From NCBI GenBank assembly GCA_000004985.1, contig GG738877.1: a stretch of DNA of 64,000 nt; one strand, 5' to 3'. Both the position numbers and the translations under genes were made by a program. This document shows positions 30,930 to 41,986 of the stretch, in pieces (the first letter of the stretch is position 1; every line of letters begins with the position of its first letter). Source of the DNA: Naegleria gruberi. Taxonomy: Eukaryota. The notes under the pieces are model-generated. The model made no database searches, had not been told where the DNA came from, and saw only the letters and a program-made list of their open reading frames with translations.

Positions 30930-32504
30930 TTAATCAGTATTATTTCCATTGTTTGAAGGAGTGTCCTCAAAATCAGCTTCTGTGTGATAGTAGTAACATT
31001 CATGACCGAATGGGCAATTAACTCCAAATCTGCATCTAATACTCTTCAATTTCTTACGACTTTGTTCATCAATTTTCGACTTGTTTTTCAAGTGAATGTT
31101 TCTGCACTTGTCACCAAACTTACATTCACCTTTTTTGAAAAATTGGCATACTTGTTGAACCGTTTGATTGGAATTGTTACTGTTTGGAGTGTTTGTGGCA
31201 CATGAATTATCACTGGCCATAGGAAGTGCACCATTTGAGGAAGGGTTTTGTTGTGGTAGGGAAGGAGAATGTGGAATACTGCTTCCAAAATTAATAACAG
31301 TAAAGGAAGATTTGGATTTAACCTGTGGCTGTTGTTGTTGTTGAACTCTTGTGTGAGAATTGTGTGTTTGTGGAACAATTAAAGTAGTATTCGAATGAAC
31401 AAACGGACAATTTTCAACTTGACAACCTTCAGGTGAGTAATAAAATCTGCAAAGTTGTGCAGAATCATCCTGTTGAGTAGTGTTAGGAGATAAAGTTTGT
31501 TGTTGTTGAAATAATTGGTAACCAACACCATTCATTTGAGCCATTCCAGTAGGACATGATTGTGAAAGAGTTCTTCTATTAACTGGTGTTGCAGTATTTT
31601 TGAAAGCTTGTTGAGGATGAAGATAACGATCCACACTGGTAGCTCTTTGATGAAATTGGTTTGTTGGTCTTGGTTTGAATGTGGTAAGGCTATTGGAATG
31701 GAATTGATCATCCTGATTATTCTCATCAGATAAAACTTTATCAACAACAGAACGAACAAACATGTTATCAATAGGATTGGATGAGGTCATATTGTCAATC
31801 TTTGATTCATTAAATGAATTTGCGTAGGAAGAAGTCGAAAGTGAAGAACCAAATTGGCTACCTCCAAATAAACCAGGTGAAGAAGCAAGTGTTAAATCAT
31901 CCATGGATGAGGATAACTCATTCACAAATAATCCTCCACTGTTACAACTTGTTGAATAAGATTGTCTTGCATATTCACCAACATCATCCCAACTCATTGG
32001 TCTAGAATGAACTATTGGTCTGGTTTGAGTTGCACCACTTTTAGGAGTGCTAAAGGTATTAATGGTTTGGTTATTATCATTATTAGTATTAGAACTAGTA
32101 ATGGTAGGAGTAAAAATGTTAGGTTTTGTGTGGGAAGTATTTAAACTGCCATTAATAGGATGTGGATTAGGAGAAGAACCATAGTAAAAGTTAGGAGGGC
32201 TTCCCATTGTACTTGTAGAGTGAGCAGAACTGAATGATGAACCGAGATTGCTCAATGCCAATGAGGATGCAGATGAAAAACTGCTAGAAGTATTACTAGA
32301 GTAACTGGAAGCAAAATTTGAACCACTGTCCGATACAGGGGTGCCATATTGTTGTTCATTCTTGAATTGTTTAAATGAATTATTAAAATTCATAGGATGA
32401 ACGCTTGTTGTTTGATAACTCATACCGAGTAAATTTTCATCCTGTTGTTGGGGATGATGATAAGAATTGTTGAAATGCTTCTTGTTTGAGTAGGGAATAT
32501 TCAT
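30930..32504 (-). CDS. tandem CCCH (C-x8-C-x5-C-x3-H) zinc-finger protein
   Basis: 524-aa ATG ORF with a long S/N/Q/T-rich N-terminus. The C-terminus has three CCCH fingers: CRFYYSPEGCQVENCPFVH, CQFFKKGECKFGDKCRNIH and CRFGVNCPFGHECYYYH. Confidence 0.6.
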   Translation of the reverse strand: MNIPYSNKKHFNNSYHHPQQQDENLLGMSYQTTSVHPMNFNNSFKQFKNEQQYGTPVSDSGSNFASSYSSNTSSSFSSASSLALSNLGSSFSSAHSTSTMGSPPNFYYGSSPNPHPINGSLNTSHTKPNIFTPTITSSNTNNDNNQTINTFSTPKSGATQTRPIVHSRPMSWDDVGEYARQSYSTSCNSGGLFVNELSSSMDDLTLASSPGLFGGSQFGSSLSTSSYANSFNESKIDNMTSSNPIDNMFVRSVVDKVLSDENNQDDQFHSNSLTTFKPRPTNQFHQRATSVDRYLHPQQAFKNTATPVNRRTLSQSCPTGMAQMNGVGYQLFQQQQTLSPNTTQQDDSAQLCRFYYSPEGCQVENCPFVHSNTTLIVPQTHNSHTRVQQQQQPQVKSKSSFTVINFGSSIPHSPSLPQQNPSSNGALPMASDNSCATNTPNSNNSNQTVQQVCQFFKKGECKFGDKCRNIHLKNKSKIDEQSRKKLKSIRCRFGVNCPFGHECYYYHTEADFEDTPSNNGNNTD

Positions 32505-33142
32505 GATGATGTGTGATAAATAATAAAATTAAAAAAAAGATGATGCTACTCTCTCCTTTCGTTCGAAACTGTTAACTATATTAAAGAGAAACTATTGTTT
32601 CGAAAGGTTGCTCCACAAGAGAACAGAGAGATCAAACCAAGAATTGCAAAGTCGAGTTTTATGAGAGAGAATTTTTTTCTTCTATTCTTTTTGTTTTGTT
32701 GTGTTGTGAGTGCGCTCTTCTTTAAAGAAAAAGAAGCGCTAAACAACTTAACCCGCCAAAAAAGAGAAACACACGTTGAATGCAGTGAAAAGATATCAAA
32801 CGTTCTCCCTTAAGGTTTGTGATTGATGAAACATTATTAATAATAAATTTTGTCACATATGTCAGGAAAGGGAGATGTATTTCCATTTGATTAATGTTAT
32901 TTTTAGTTAATTAATGATTGGGTCTGTTTTTCTCTTTATTGCAATTTAAAATATGTTGTTGATCAATAAATTGGTAGTGTATTTTCCATTGGTCAATAAC
33001 GAGTAAACAAACTGGAAAGGCTGCTAATAAACAAACCTTTCAGCTCTTTAAAATATTGATGATCTCTTGCTTGTTGTATTAGCAATTTGATCGCAAAAAT
33101 ATTGTCATTCTTAGAAATTAAAATTTAAAAAAAATATTTTAA

Positions 33143-35005
33143 ATGGCGAACAGAAAGCTTATGGCTGAGGTCGATAGGACCGTAAAAAAAGTGAATGAAG
33201 GTATTGAAAACTTTGATGAATTGGAAGAAAAAGTATATAGTGCCCAAAGTTCTTCGCAAAGGGATAAATTTGAAGGAGAATTGAAAAAGGAAATTAAAAA
33301 ACTACAACGTCTGAGAGAAACAATACGTGGCTGGATATCTGGTAATGAAATTAAAGACAAGGAATTACTGGTGGAAAAGAGGCAACAGATTGAAACAAGA
33401 ATGGAAAGGTTCAAGAAATGCGAGCAGAAAACCAAGATGAAGGCCTATTCTAAAGAAGCCCTGAGTAAAAGTCAAGTCGAAAAACGAAGTAGGAACAAAC
33501 AAAATATTATTCCTGACTCGAAAGAGAAGAAGCAAGCTAAGAAATGGCTGAAGGATATGATAGAAACACTGACGAACGCTGTTGATTCAATTGAAGAAAA
33601 AATTGAAGAAGAAGAAGAAAAGGAAAAGAAGAAGGATGGAGATATGATTGAATCGCATCGATCACGTCAAAGAAAACATGAGGAATATATTGATAAGTTA
33701 AACCAAGTTTACGAGTTTTTGGATAATGATGAAGGTATTACACCTCAAGATTTGGAAGAACTTAAGGAATATGTAGAATACTATGTAGATGAAAATGAAG
33801 AAGCTGAATTTGTGGAAGATGATGATTCATTTGAAACAATATTCAAAAAACATAAGGAATGGGAAGAATCAGCACCAAAGGAGGAACTCGTGGATGTTGA
33901 TGAAGTCAAGGATAGTATTAAAAATTCTGATGAATATGATGATGAAGATTCTGATGAAGGGTTTGATGAAGACTTGGATTCGGATGATGATGATGGTTCA
34001 AGTAATGTTGACGATGATGAAGATTTAAGTTCTCCAATATCAACATCTTCAAAAGATGATGATAAGAAGAAGAAATCTCCTCCTAATACAACACCTGTTG
34101 TTAATGTGAATCCATCGATAACGAAACCTTCAGGAAGTAATCTCACAGTTACAGCTGTTGTATCAAAAGACAAGAAAATTACCAAACAAGCACCTCCAGC
34201 TATTTCTACCTCTCCTAACCAACCATCCACCACCCAACAACCAAGTGGTCAAGTTACTCCAAACACTACCACTCCAACAACAACTAAACCATCTTATAGT
34301 GATTTAGTTAAGTCTCCAAAAACTCCTCTTCAACCACAACAACCAACTCCAACCAATACTTCCACAACAGCAACAACAACAAAACAAGCTGCTACTACTA
34401 CTACAACAGCAACAACAGCATCAGGTTCTACGACTCCAACATCTACCACTATCAAAAAGCCTGCTGTTTCATATATTGATATTGCTCAACAAAATAAGAA
34501 TGCTCCACAAGGTCACAATTTAACAGTTTCTATTAGTGATTCAAATAAGCAACAAGTAACAACACCAACAGTTGCAGCTACAACACCAACAACAACAAGT
34601 AATAAGAATGCTAAACAACAAGCTACAACAACAACAACAGCAACAGCAACTACAACAGCTACAAAGCAGCAACCAACCACAAAGGGTCAACCTGCTCAAC
34701 CAACCAAAAAAGCTCAAACTAATGCCAACCAAAGTACCACCCCAACTAGNNNNNNNNNNNNNNNNNNNNNNNNNNNNNNNNNNNNNNNNNNNNNNNNNNC
34801 AAACCAACTCTCACAACTAATGATTATGAACAATGAACCTATGTTTACTTTGATTTTGAAACACTTTGGTGTCAAAGAATTAAGGATGGTTTCAGTTTTG
34901 AATATGCTTTCCTTGAAGATGAATTGTAAATCCTGTGCAAACTCTTTCCCAACTCCTCATTCCCCCCTTAGTTACCTTTTTATTGACAAAACCTTTCTGA
35001 GATGA
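33143..35005 (+). CDS. CCR4-NOT complex subunit 3/5 (NOT3/NOT5)-like; interrupted by 50-N gap at 34750-34799
   Basis: The N-terminus [108 protein letters not shown] matches the Not3/Not5 N-terminal domain (human CNOT3 [29 protein letters not shown]…[27 protein letters not shown]…[25 protein letters not shown]). An acidic region and a T/P/Q/A-rich low-complexity region follow. The sequence after the gap (to stop 35005) has no NOT-box, so the C-terminal end is uncertain. Confidence 0.55.
   Translation: [620 protein letters not shown]
34750..34799. other. assembly gap (50 N) inside CNOT3-like coding region
   Basis: The N run is seen directly, and it is flanked by T/P/Q-rich low-complexity coding sequence. 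Confidence 0.95.
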
Positions 35006-35039
35006 AAGGTTTTAAAATAAATTGAAGTTTAAAAAAAAA

Positions 35040-35519
35040 ATGAGTAAAACAAAGTCAATAGTTGATGGATGGATTTCATCAAGTGATGATGAAGCATCCA
35101 ATGAGAGACAAAAACAGTCATCTCAAGCAGTAATGAATAAGTTCTTTTCACAACAACAAGGAAGTGGAAAACAACAAAACAAAAGATTGGGAATTCAAGG
35201 CGATAAACTTTCCGAACAAAACCTAAAACAACAACAAAAAAACAAAATTGACAAAGTGAATAGTGATTTAAAATTCTTAATTTTAAAGAAACATGATGCT
35301 CGTAAAAGAATGAAAAGGAAAGGACAACTTATTTCTTATGGAGATGAATCTGATGAAGAAGTAAAACAAGAGGAACAAAAACCAACAACAGATTCTACAA
35401 CAGCAACAACAGAACAAAATTCTCTTAAAAGAAAAAAGGAGGAAAGTGATGACGAAGATGAAAGTAAAATTAAAGTATTAGCTAAAAAGAAAAAGAAGAA
35501 AAAGAAAAGTAACAAATAA
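35040..35519 (+). CDS. hypothetical lysine-rich protein
   Basis: The track ORF starts at TTG 35022, and the first ATG is at 35040 (MSKTKSIVDGWISSSDDE…). The protein is K/Q/E-rich with a poly-K tail. No domain was recognised. Confidence 0.35.
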   Translation: MSKTKSIVDGWISSSDDEASNERQKQSSQAVMNKFFSQQQGSGKQQNKRLGIQGDKLSEQNLKQQQKNKIDKVNSDLKFLILKKHDARKRMKRKGQLISYGDESDEEVKQEEQKPTTDSTTATTEQNSLKRKKEESDDEDESKIKVLAKKKKKKKKSNK

Positions 35520-35520
35520 T

Positions 35521-36513
35521 TTAATTACTATCTGATAGATTCGCAGTTTCTTTGATAATTCTTTCAATAGTTTGTTTTCCAGCATCATCAACATTTTGTT
35601 CCAATTGTTTCAAAAATTCAAAACCTTGATTTTGTCTGTCAACTCTTCTGAATAGAGTTAATGCTAAACTTATGAAGGAATCAAATGATGGTAACCCTAT
35701 TTCTTCCAAATATGATTTATCAGTAAACCTAGCTCGCTTATAGGCTAATTTTAATCTATTCAATTGATTAAATGCTTCATTATAATGTCCACCATTCGTT
35801 AAAGCAATTGTGAAATAGTATAATTGTATCCAAAATGATGGTTTTAGTTGAAAATTCGAATTCTTTTGCAATTCCTCAATTTGTGAAAATGCATAATTTG
35901 CTAATCTAATTAGTGAGCTTTCCTTATTATCTACTTGTGCAGCAGTATTTGCTAAATTAAACCAATCTTGTACTGATTTTGAGTCTAAAGCAGCTTTCCT
36001 AAACCAAGGTAATGACTCTTTTAGTTCATTATTCTTGTAGTAACTTAATCCTATCAATCTGTATACTCTTCTTGATGGATTTGAATTTTCATTTTGAATA
36101 TCTTCGTCGTCACTAGATGGAATATAAGGAAGAACAGCAAATATAAATTGTCTTGCTTGGTCAAATTGTAAATTGTCAATTAATATATTAGCCAAATCCA
36201 AAGCTTGATTAGGTGTTAATTTATCCATTTCCAAATCATTGATTACTTGTTGATGATCAATGGAAAGGGATTTATCCATTTTCTCGTTCATATTAATTTC
36301 CTTGTCATTTGCTTCGTGTTCATCCGACGATCCATTCATAACTTTTTTCTTCTCACTTTCATTAATATTTAATTCCGAATCATTATGATTATTATTTTGT
36401 TGTTGATTTAATAAATTTGATGCCATTGTGATAGAATATTGGAGAGGCTTGGACATGAATAGGTGTTTCATGATGGAGTCAAGCCTTCTCTTCCTTGTTT
36501 CATCATTTTGCAT
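35521..36513 (-). CDS. hypothetical helical-repeat (TPR-like) protein
   Basis: The track ORF 35521-36555 starts at TTG, and the first ATG is at 36513. Predicted helical repeats (…ALDLANILIDNLQFDQARQFIFAVLPYIP…YRLIGLSYYKNNELKESLPWFRKAAL…WFNLANTAAQ…). It is divergently arranged with the next gene, with about 50 nt between the ATGs. Confidence 0.35.
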   Translation of the reverse strand: MQNDETRKRRLDSIMKHLFMSKPLQYSITMASNLLNQQQNNNHNDSELNINESEKKKVMNGSSDEHEANDKEINMNEKMDKSLSIDHQQVINDLEMDKLTPNQALDLANILIDNLQFDQARQFIFAVLPYIPSSDDEDIQNENSNPSRRVYRLIGLSYYKNNELKESLPWFRKAALDSKSVQDWFNLANTAAQVDNKESSLIRLANYAFSQIEELQKNSNFQLKPSFWIQLYYFTIALTNGGHYNEAFNQLNRLKLAYKRARFTDKSYLEEIGLPSFDSFISLALTLFRRVDRQNQGFEFLKQLEQNVDDAGKQTIERIIKETANLSDSN

Positions 36514-36560
36514 TTTTATTAATAATTGAAAAAAACAACTCAACTTACCTAACAACTTTC

Positions 36561-38204
36561 ATGAAGAAGAATATTATTGAGAATATTGATGAAAAGGTTT
36601 TAAAAGAGGTTGAAAAGAGGAAACATTGTAAAAATCCTTTTGAGGATAGGTTTTTGAATCTTACACTTTCTTCCTTCGTAATGAATGAAACTACTAGCCT
36701 TGATGATGACGAATTAGTTGAAATTGAAAGCTCCATCATGAATGCATCAGTAAATGTTTCAATCAGATCAGAGCTGATTAAGGAGATGATTAAACAGACA
36801 GTCAAAAGTGTTGATCATATTGTTGCAAGAAAAACATTATCAAATTCATCGAAGGCTGAAAAGAAGGATGAAGGATTAGGTGACGAATTGTTATCAGCAA
36901 ACTTCGAATTCATTTTCAATGAAGAAAGATACAAGGCTTTTAAAGAAAATGATCAAGAGAAGATTGAAAAGTATTTGTCTTTAACTTCAGAAATTGAACA
37001 CATCTCAACTAATCAAAAGTTGGAAGAGTTGCCGATTCCTCAATCATCTAATAATCACAATTATTATGTTTTAAATTATCATCAATCTGATTTCTTCAAA
37101 ACATCTCACCAGACTGGAAATGAGGTATTGGATCATCATACGTTAATTGAAATATTCCAAGGATTTGAATCAGTGCTGGAAATGGAAGAAGAGAAAGTTG
37201 AAGAATTATTTGCTTTGGAGGGCATTAATATATATGATGAAATTGAAATGCATTATGATGATCCAATGATAATTGACAACCAAGAGGAATCAACTGCTGT
37301 TGAGGAAAACACAATCGAGATTGGTGGGATTGATATGGTTGTTGAGGAAAATGAGGAAGAGTATGAACAGAATGAAGATGTTGGAGAAATAGAATGTGAA
37401 AATAAGGAACCTGAACATGTAACTGAGGCTCCTAAGCCAAAGGAAAAAGCTGAGTTGAAATACTATAGAATTATTGACATGGATACCACTATTGAAAGAA
37501 AAAAGAGCTCAAAACAAAACACCTTAAGAACGAAGCAACGAGTTGAAGACAACTTGATAGAAGTAAAACCAAGATCAGATAATGTTGATAATGGATTTTT
37601 TAAAAAACCAAGTGAAGCTTTTAATCAACCATTTCTAGATCCAGATTTTACTGGTTCCTTATTATTTCCTAACATTGACATTATCCAACTGTCAAGTATT
37701 TTATCACGATCAATTGAGGGAGAACTGCCTGAAAGAGCAATGTATGAACTAGGAGGTTATCATGATTGTGAATATGGTGGGATTGATGATTATCTTTTCG
37801 GAAATGAAATTAGTTTATTGGAAGATCAGCAAGATAATAATACAGAGCTGGGTGGTGTTGAAATGCAAGAAGAAACAGTTGAAGTGACAGTTCCAAGAAC
37901 AAAGACCATTATTGACAATCTCATTGAGAATGCTGAAAAGAAAAAAATTGTACCAATTGTAAAGATATCCTCAATTATCAATGATAATCTCTCCAATAAT
38001 CAAACAACAACCTTAACAGAGCAGTATCAATATAGTCATCTTGGCAATCAGAATGTATCCAAGGCAAGGTTCTTGATGGCCCTTCTCCATTCAGTCCATC
38101 AAACAAATATCAAAGGAAATGCTCAGATTACTCTGTCAAACGTTGGAGAAGATAAGAAAGAGGTAAAAATCGTTACAAGAAATATTCCCGCCAAAACTCA
38201 ATAA
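36561..38204 (+). CDS. hypothetical acidic protein
   Basis: The track ORF begins at TTG 36495, and the first ATG is at 36561 (MKKNIIENIDEKVLKEV…). The protein is E/D-rich, and no confident domain was found. Confidence 0.35.
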   Translation: MKKNIIENIDEKVLKEVEKRKHCKNPFEDRFLNLTLSSFVMNETTSLDDDELVEIESSIMNASVNVSIRSELIKEMIKQTVKSVDHIVARKTLSNSSKAEKKDEGLGDELLSANFEFIFNEERYKAFKENDQEKIEKYLSLTSEIEHISTNQKLEELPIPQSSNNHNYYVLNYHQSDFFKTSHQTGNEVLDHHTLIEIFQGFESVLEMEEEKVEELFALEGINIYDEIEMHYDDPMIIDNQEESTAVEENTIEIGGIDMVVEENEEEYEQNEDVGEIECENKEPEHVTEAPKPKEKAELKYYRIIDMDTTIERKKSSKQNTLRTKQRVEDNLIEVKPRSDNVDNGFFKKPSEAFNQPFLDPDFTGSLLFPNIDIIQLSSILSRSIEGELPERAMYELGGYHDCEYGGIDDYLFGNEISLLEDQQDNNTELGGVEMQEETVEVTVPRTKTIIDNLIENAEKKKIVPIVKISSIINDNLSNNQTTTLTEQYQYSHLGNQNVSKARFLMALLHSVHQTNIKGNAQITLSNVGEDKKEVKIVTRNIPAKTQ

Positions 38205-38237
38205 AACGCACCGTTTCAAAAATTCAAAATAAAAAAA

Positions 38238-39284
38238 ATGGAACTTCTTGATGCTACCATTCTGACGCCAACCAAGCCACGCTTTGAATATCATACACCA
38301 TCCAAGACAGTAAGAGTAGGATCGGATGAAAATATTGGATCTACCTGTAAAGTTAGATTTAAAACACCAACAGGAAAATCAACAACACCTCTCCAACCAC
38401 TTGACCCAAATACTCTTTCCACTACTTTTGCTTCACCGATACCAGTTAAAAGTAGGCTTACAAAGAGAAGAAATATAAAAAACAAACTCAATTCACCAAC
38501 ATCTTCATCAACAACTGCCACCACAACAAATGAAAAAGATCCTTCTCCTTGTACACCAAGCCAAAAACGTTTTGCTTCACCAAAATCACCTGTAAATGAT
38601 AGTATATTTGATACAACTAAGACTCCTAAGAGATTCAGTGTACTTAAAACTCCAGTCAATAAGAAATCCCTCTCTAAATTATTTTCACCAATTTTCTCTC
38701 CTTTGAATAAGGTTAAAATCTCAAAGAAGGAAACAACAAAACATACCAAGCCAAAGATTAGATATGGAATTACCGAGCAAGAATTAGTCAAACATTACAC
38801 TGTATCAGAATTAAGAGATTACTGTTACTCCCACTCTGATAAGAAATTTTCACAACTCACAAAACAACAATTAGTGACAAAAGTTTTGGATATTTTACAA
38901 CCTGTCATTGATGTTGTGTTGACAAGCCCATTGGCAGCTGCTGTTAAGAGTAAGAGATTATCGAACACCTCAGAAATGCTTTCTTCACGTGAACACATGT
39001 TATCAGAACTTATTGAAACTAAGGAAAACAAGGAAGAAAGTGATGATGAGTTTATTGAGGAACCAATTCAAAAACGATCCACAATTTCGAAACCATCTTC
39101 CAATCCTGTAACTTCGTGGAGTGTTGATACAGATAATGTTTACTCTCTTTTCTATAATCTTAAATTGACAAATCTATCGAGTATGAAATCATATTGTGAG
39201 GATAATGATATTAATCCATATGGAGGTAGAGAGGTGTTAAAACGTAGAATTATTGCATATTTGTCTAATAAAATTAGAGGTTAG
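38238..39284 (+). CDS. hypothetical S/T-P-rich protein with two SAP-like helix-extended-helix motifs
   Basis: 348-aa ATG ORF. The N-terminal half is packed with S/T-P-x-K/R sites (TPTKPR, TPSK, TPTGK, SPIPVK, SPTSS, TPSQKR, SPKSP, TPKR, TPVNKK). Two SAP-like segments follow ([43 protein letters not shown] and [41 protein letters not shown]). Confidence 0.4.
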   Translation: MELLDATILTPTKPRFEYHTPSKTVRVGSDENIGSTCKVRFKTPTGKSTTPLQPLDPNTLSTTFASPIPVKSRLTKRRNIKNKLNSPTSSSTTATTTNEKDPSPCTPSQKRFASPKSPVNDSIFDTTKTPKRFSVLKTPVNKKSLSKLFSPIFSPLNKVKISKKETTKHTKPKIRYGITEQELVKHYTVSELRDYCYSHSDKKFSQLTKQQLVTKVLDILQPVIDVVLTSPLAAAVKSKRLSNTSEMLSSREHMLSELIETKENKEESDDEFIEEPIQKRSTISKPSSNPVTSWSVDTDNVYSLFYNLKLTNLSSMKSYCEDNDINPYGGREVLKRRIIAYLSNKIRG

Positions 39285-39657
39285 CCAATTTCTTCAATTT
39301 TTCTAATTCTTCCTTCTTCTTTTCCAAATCCAATTTTTTCTGTAATCTATCTGCCTGGTGATAATAGGCACTAATGTATCTTCCTCCTACGTTAAATCCA
39401 GACAGACCTTCACAGGCATCTCTGGCATCGAAAATATCCTCATACACAACATAGGCTGTTCCTTTTGTTTTTGTAGTATTTCCGAGTCTAATTTGTCTGA
39501 TCGCACCAAACTTTCCCAAAAGATCATACATTTCATCCGATGTTATTTTGTGAGGAAGGTTCTTTAGGCAAAGAATACGATTTACTTTTGGTGGAAGTCG
39601 TTTCAAGGCTTGTTGCCTGCTAGTAGCTGATGGCGTGCCAAGAGGTGTTGATGACAT
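39274..39657 (-). CDS. SF3B6: splicing factor 3B subunit 6 (SF3b14a/p14)
   Basis: 127-aa [81 protein letters not shown] matches human SF3B6 [75 protein letters not shown]. The 3' end overlaps the convergent gene 38238-39284 by 11 nt. Confidence 0.8.
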   Translation of the reverse strand: MSSTPLGTPSATSRQQALKRLPPKVNRILCLKNLPHKITSDEMYDLLGKFGAIRQIRLGNTTKTKGTAYVVYEDIFDARDACEGLSGFNVGGRYISAYYHQADRLQKKLDLEKKKEELEKLKKLANL

Positions 39658-39689
39658 TTTTTAAATTTAAAAAAAACAAAATAATTGAA

Positions 39690-40184
39690 ATGATGGAAAT
39701 CAGCAACACTCCCTCTTCAACATTTACAACTTTCGATCAAAACAAGGCTTGTTTGAAAACTCATGAAGAAGCAACTCACTCAAATCATGGTTGTTTAAAC
39801 AAGAAACATAAATTTGTATGTTTTTCTCAATTATGAAACTATTAACTCAATCAGAATCCACCCCTAATTTCAAATCATCATTCCAATGAGTATGAAACTG
39901 AATTAGATTATACAACTGAACAAGTCAATAGGAGAGATGTGGAAATTGAAAGGTTGAAAAAGTCTATTGAAACATTAAACAAGGCTTGTTTTGATGAGGA
40001 TGAAGAAGATGAATTGGATGACTTAATAGACAAATGGAGAGTAGCATGTCAGGAAATGATTTACACACTTGTTGATAAACTACAACCAACATCAGAGAGA
40101 ATGAGTTTGGGCAATTTACTCAATCATCTCGGAATTGATTATGATATTATTCATTACGATAAAGAAGAGGAGTCTTTCTACTGA
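39690..40184 (+). CDS. Swi5/Sae3-like small recombination-mediator protein; 2 exons
   Basis: Exon 1 is 39690-39815 (MMEISNTPSS…CLNKKHKF, 42 codons). A GTATGT donor opens a 39-nt intron (39816-39854) with a CAG acceptor. Exon 2 is 39855-40184 (110 codons including the stop). Both junctions are phase 0. The C-terminal part RRDVEIERLKKSIETLNK…DDLIDKWRVACQEMIYTLVDKLQPTSERMSLGNLLNHLGIDYD resembles Swi5 (coiled coil, then …YNEIRDIALGMIGKVAE…VELFDRFGV). The track only shows a GTG-initiated 81-aa ORF at 39939. Confidence 0.35.
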
Positions 40185-40257
40185 TTATTGATATGATGAT
40201 AATGGACCCATCATCGTGCAATAACAAACAAATAAAAAATTCCTTTATCACAACAGG

Positions 40258-41839
40258 ATGTTGGAGGAGAGCCACACCATTAGTAACCCTAACGAAATTG
40301 ATGAGACAGTAACTGTTTCATCATCGTCCTCTTTGCCATCATCTCACACTAATTCACAACCTTCAACACCAACTATTGAAGATGTTAAAGAGGATTCCGA
40401 TAAGAAAACTCTCTTGGAAATACAAGATTCATCACCACTAGTAGAAGTAAACCAACAATCATCAACACCAACAACATTCACAGCATCACCAGTAAAAGAA
40501 AATATCAATTCACCAAATTCACCATCATCATCTATAATTAATTTGGAAGATAAAGAAGTGATTGTTGATGCAGAAAGCAACAAACATAGAAAAGCAACAA
40601 TAGCAATAGAGGAAGAAGAGGATGAGGATTCTAATGTACCAAATGAAAAGTGGGCAGGTATGGAAAATTGTGGATTTCCTGCCTGTTTTGATTTCGAAAA
40701 AGAGGAAAAGGCATTATTTGATAAATACATGTCAAGTCCTTTGAGAAAAAAGTACATGACAGATTGTAAAGAAGCTTGGCTTGAATATTTCATGACTACT
40801 AATAATGGATGTATGTAAATGTGGAATAATTTTATTGTAAATATAATAGTTTATAATAAGGTTGTGTATAATAGTACTGTAAAATCATTAATAAGAAAAC
40901 ATGGAATATTTCCAGCTTACAGAAAAAAGCTTTGGTTAGAAATTAATAATGTGGATAAGAAAATGATTGAAAATCAAGGATATTATCAAAAAATGTTACA
41001 AGTTCATCAAGATGTATTTAATGAAGCTGAACATCAAATTGATTTGGATCTTTCACGTACATTTCCATCACATCCATTCTTTGCAAAAAAGAATTCAAAA
41101 GGAAGACAACAATTGAAGAGAATTCTCATTGCATTTTCTTGGAGAAATCCATATGTGGCCTATGCTCAAAGTTTAAATTACATTGTTGCAATGCTTTTAT
41201 TACATTGTGATGAAGAAACAGCCTTTTGGTTGTTTGTAGAGTTGGTTGAGGAAATTTTACCTAGAAATTATTATAATCCACAATTGACAGGAATTAGAAT
41301 TGATTCTAAAGTATTGGACGAATTAATAAGGAATAGACTTCCAAAAATTCATTCACATTTTCAAAATTTAGAATTAGATTGTACAGCATTTTGCTCTGGA
41401 TGGTTTATGAGAGTTTTCCTTGATATTTTCCCAGTTGGTAAGTCAATTTAATTGTCATTTGTTTTTTAAAATACTATTTGAATAATATTATTGAATATTA
41501 TTGTACAATTGAATATTAAATACTATAGAATGCAGTTTGAGGATTTTAGATTTGGTTTTTGCTGAGGGAAGTAAAATTCTTTTCAGAACTGTATTGAGCT
41601 ATCTGAAAATATATGAAAATCAAATATTAGCAATGAAATCTATGGGTGATATACTTCATTTCATTAATCAAGAACCTCAAAAGTTTTATGATCATCCAAG
41701 ATTAACAAAATCAATGTTTAACTTTTATTTATTAACACGTAAAGAAGTTGATTCACTTCGGACAAAATACAAGACAATAGTAGAGAAGGAAGATGAAATA
41801 TTGGAACAAAGAAGAAAGATTATTAAACAAAAAAAGTAA
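40258..41839 (+). CDS. TBC-domain Rab GTPase-activating protein; at least 3 exons
   Basis: ATG at 40258. Exon segments lie at about 40258-40810, 40830-41448 and 41540-41839, with introns flanked by GTATGT and GTAAGT. The exact junctions of the first intron are unresolved. The TBC signature motifs are present: IDLDLSRTFP (IxxDxxR arginine finger) and YAQSLNYIVAMLL (YxQ glutamine finger). Also present are …KHGIFPAYRKKLW… and …RILDLVFAEGSKILFRTVLSYLKI…. Confidence 0.65.
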
Positions 41840-41986
41840 ACAATGTATAGTATATGATTTTTGTGATCCTCTCTCTATCTCAACCTCATATCTGAGTTCA
41901 TCTATCACTTATTTGTCTTTGGCTATCATATTGTTCGTTATGATATTTTCCCGCCATCTGGCTTTACACTTTTTATTTTAAAAAAA

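Noticed and set aside
41793-41981. 62-aa ORF at 41793-41981 and other small intergenic ORFs (16150-16404, 29599-29832, 27799-28229, 19584-20099)
   Set aside because: They lie in UTR or promoter regions, have no homology, are hydrophobic or low-complexity, and several overlap tRNA genes or the 3' ends of gene models.
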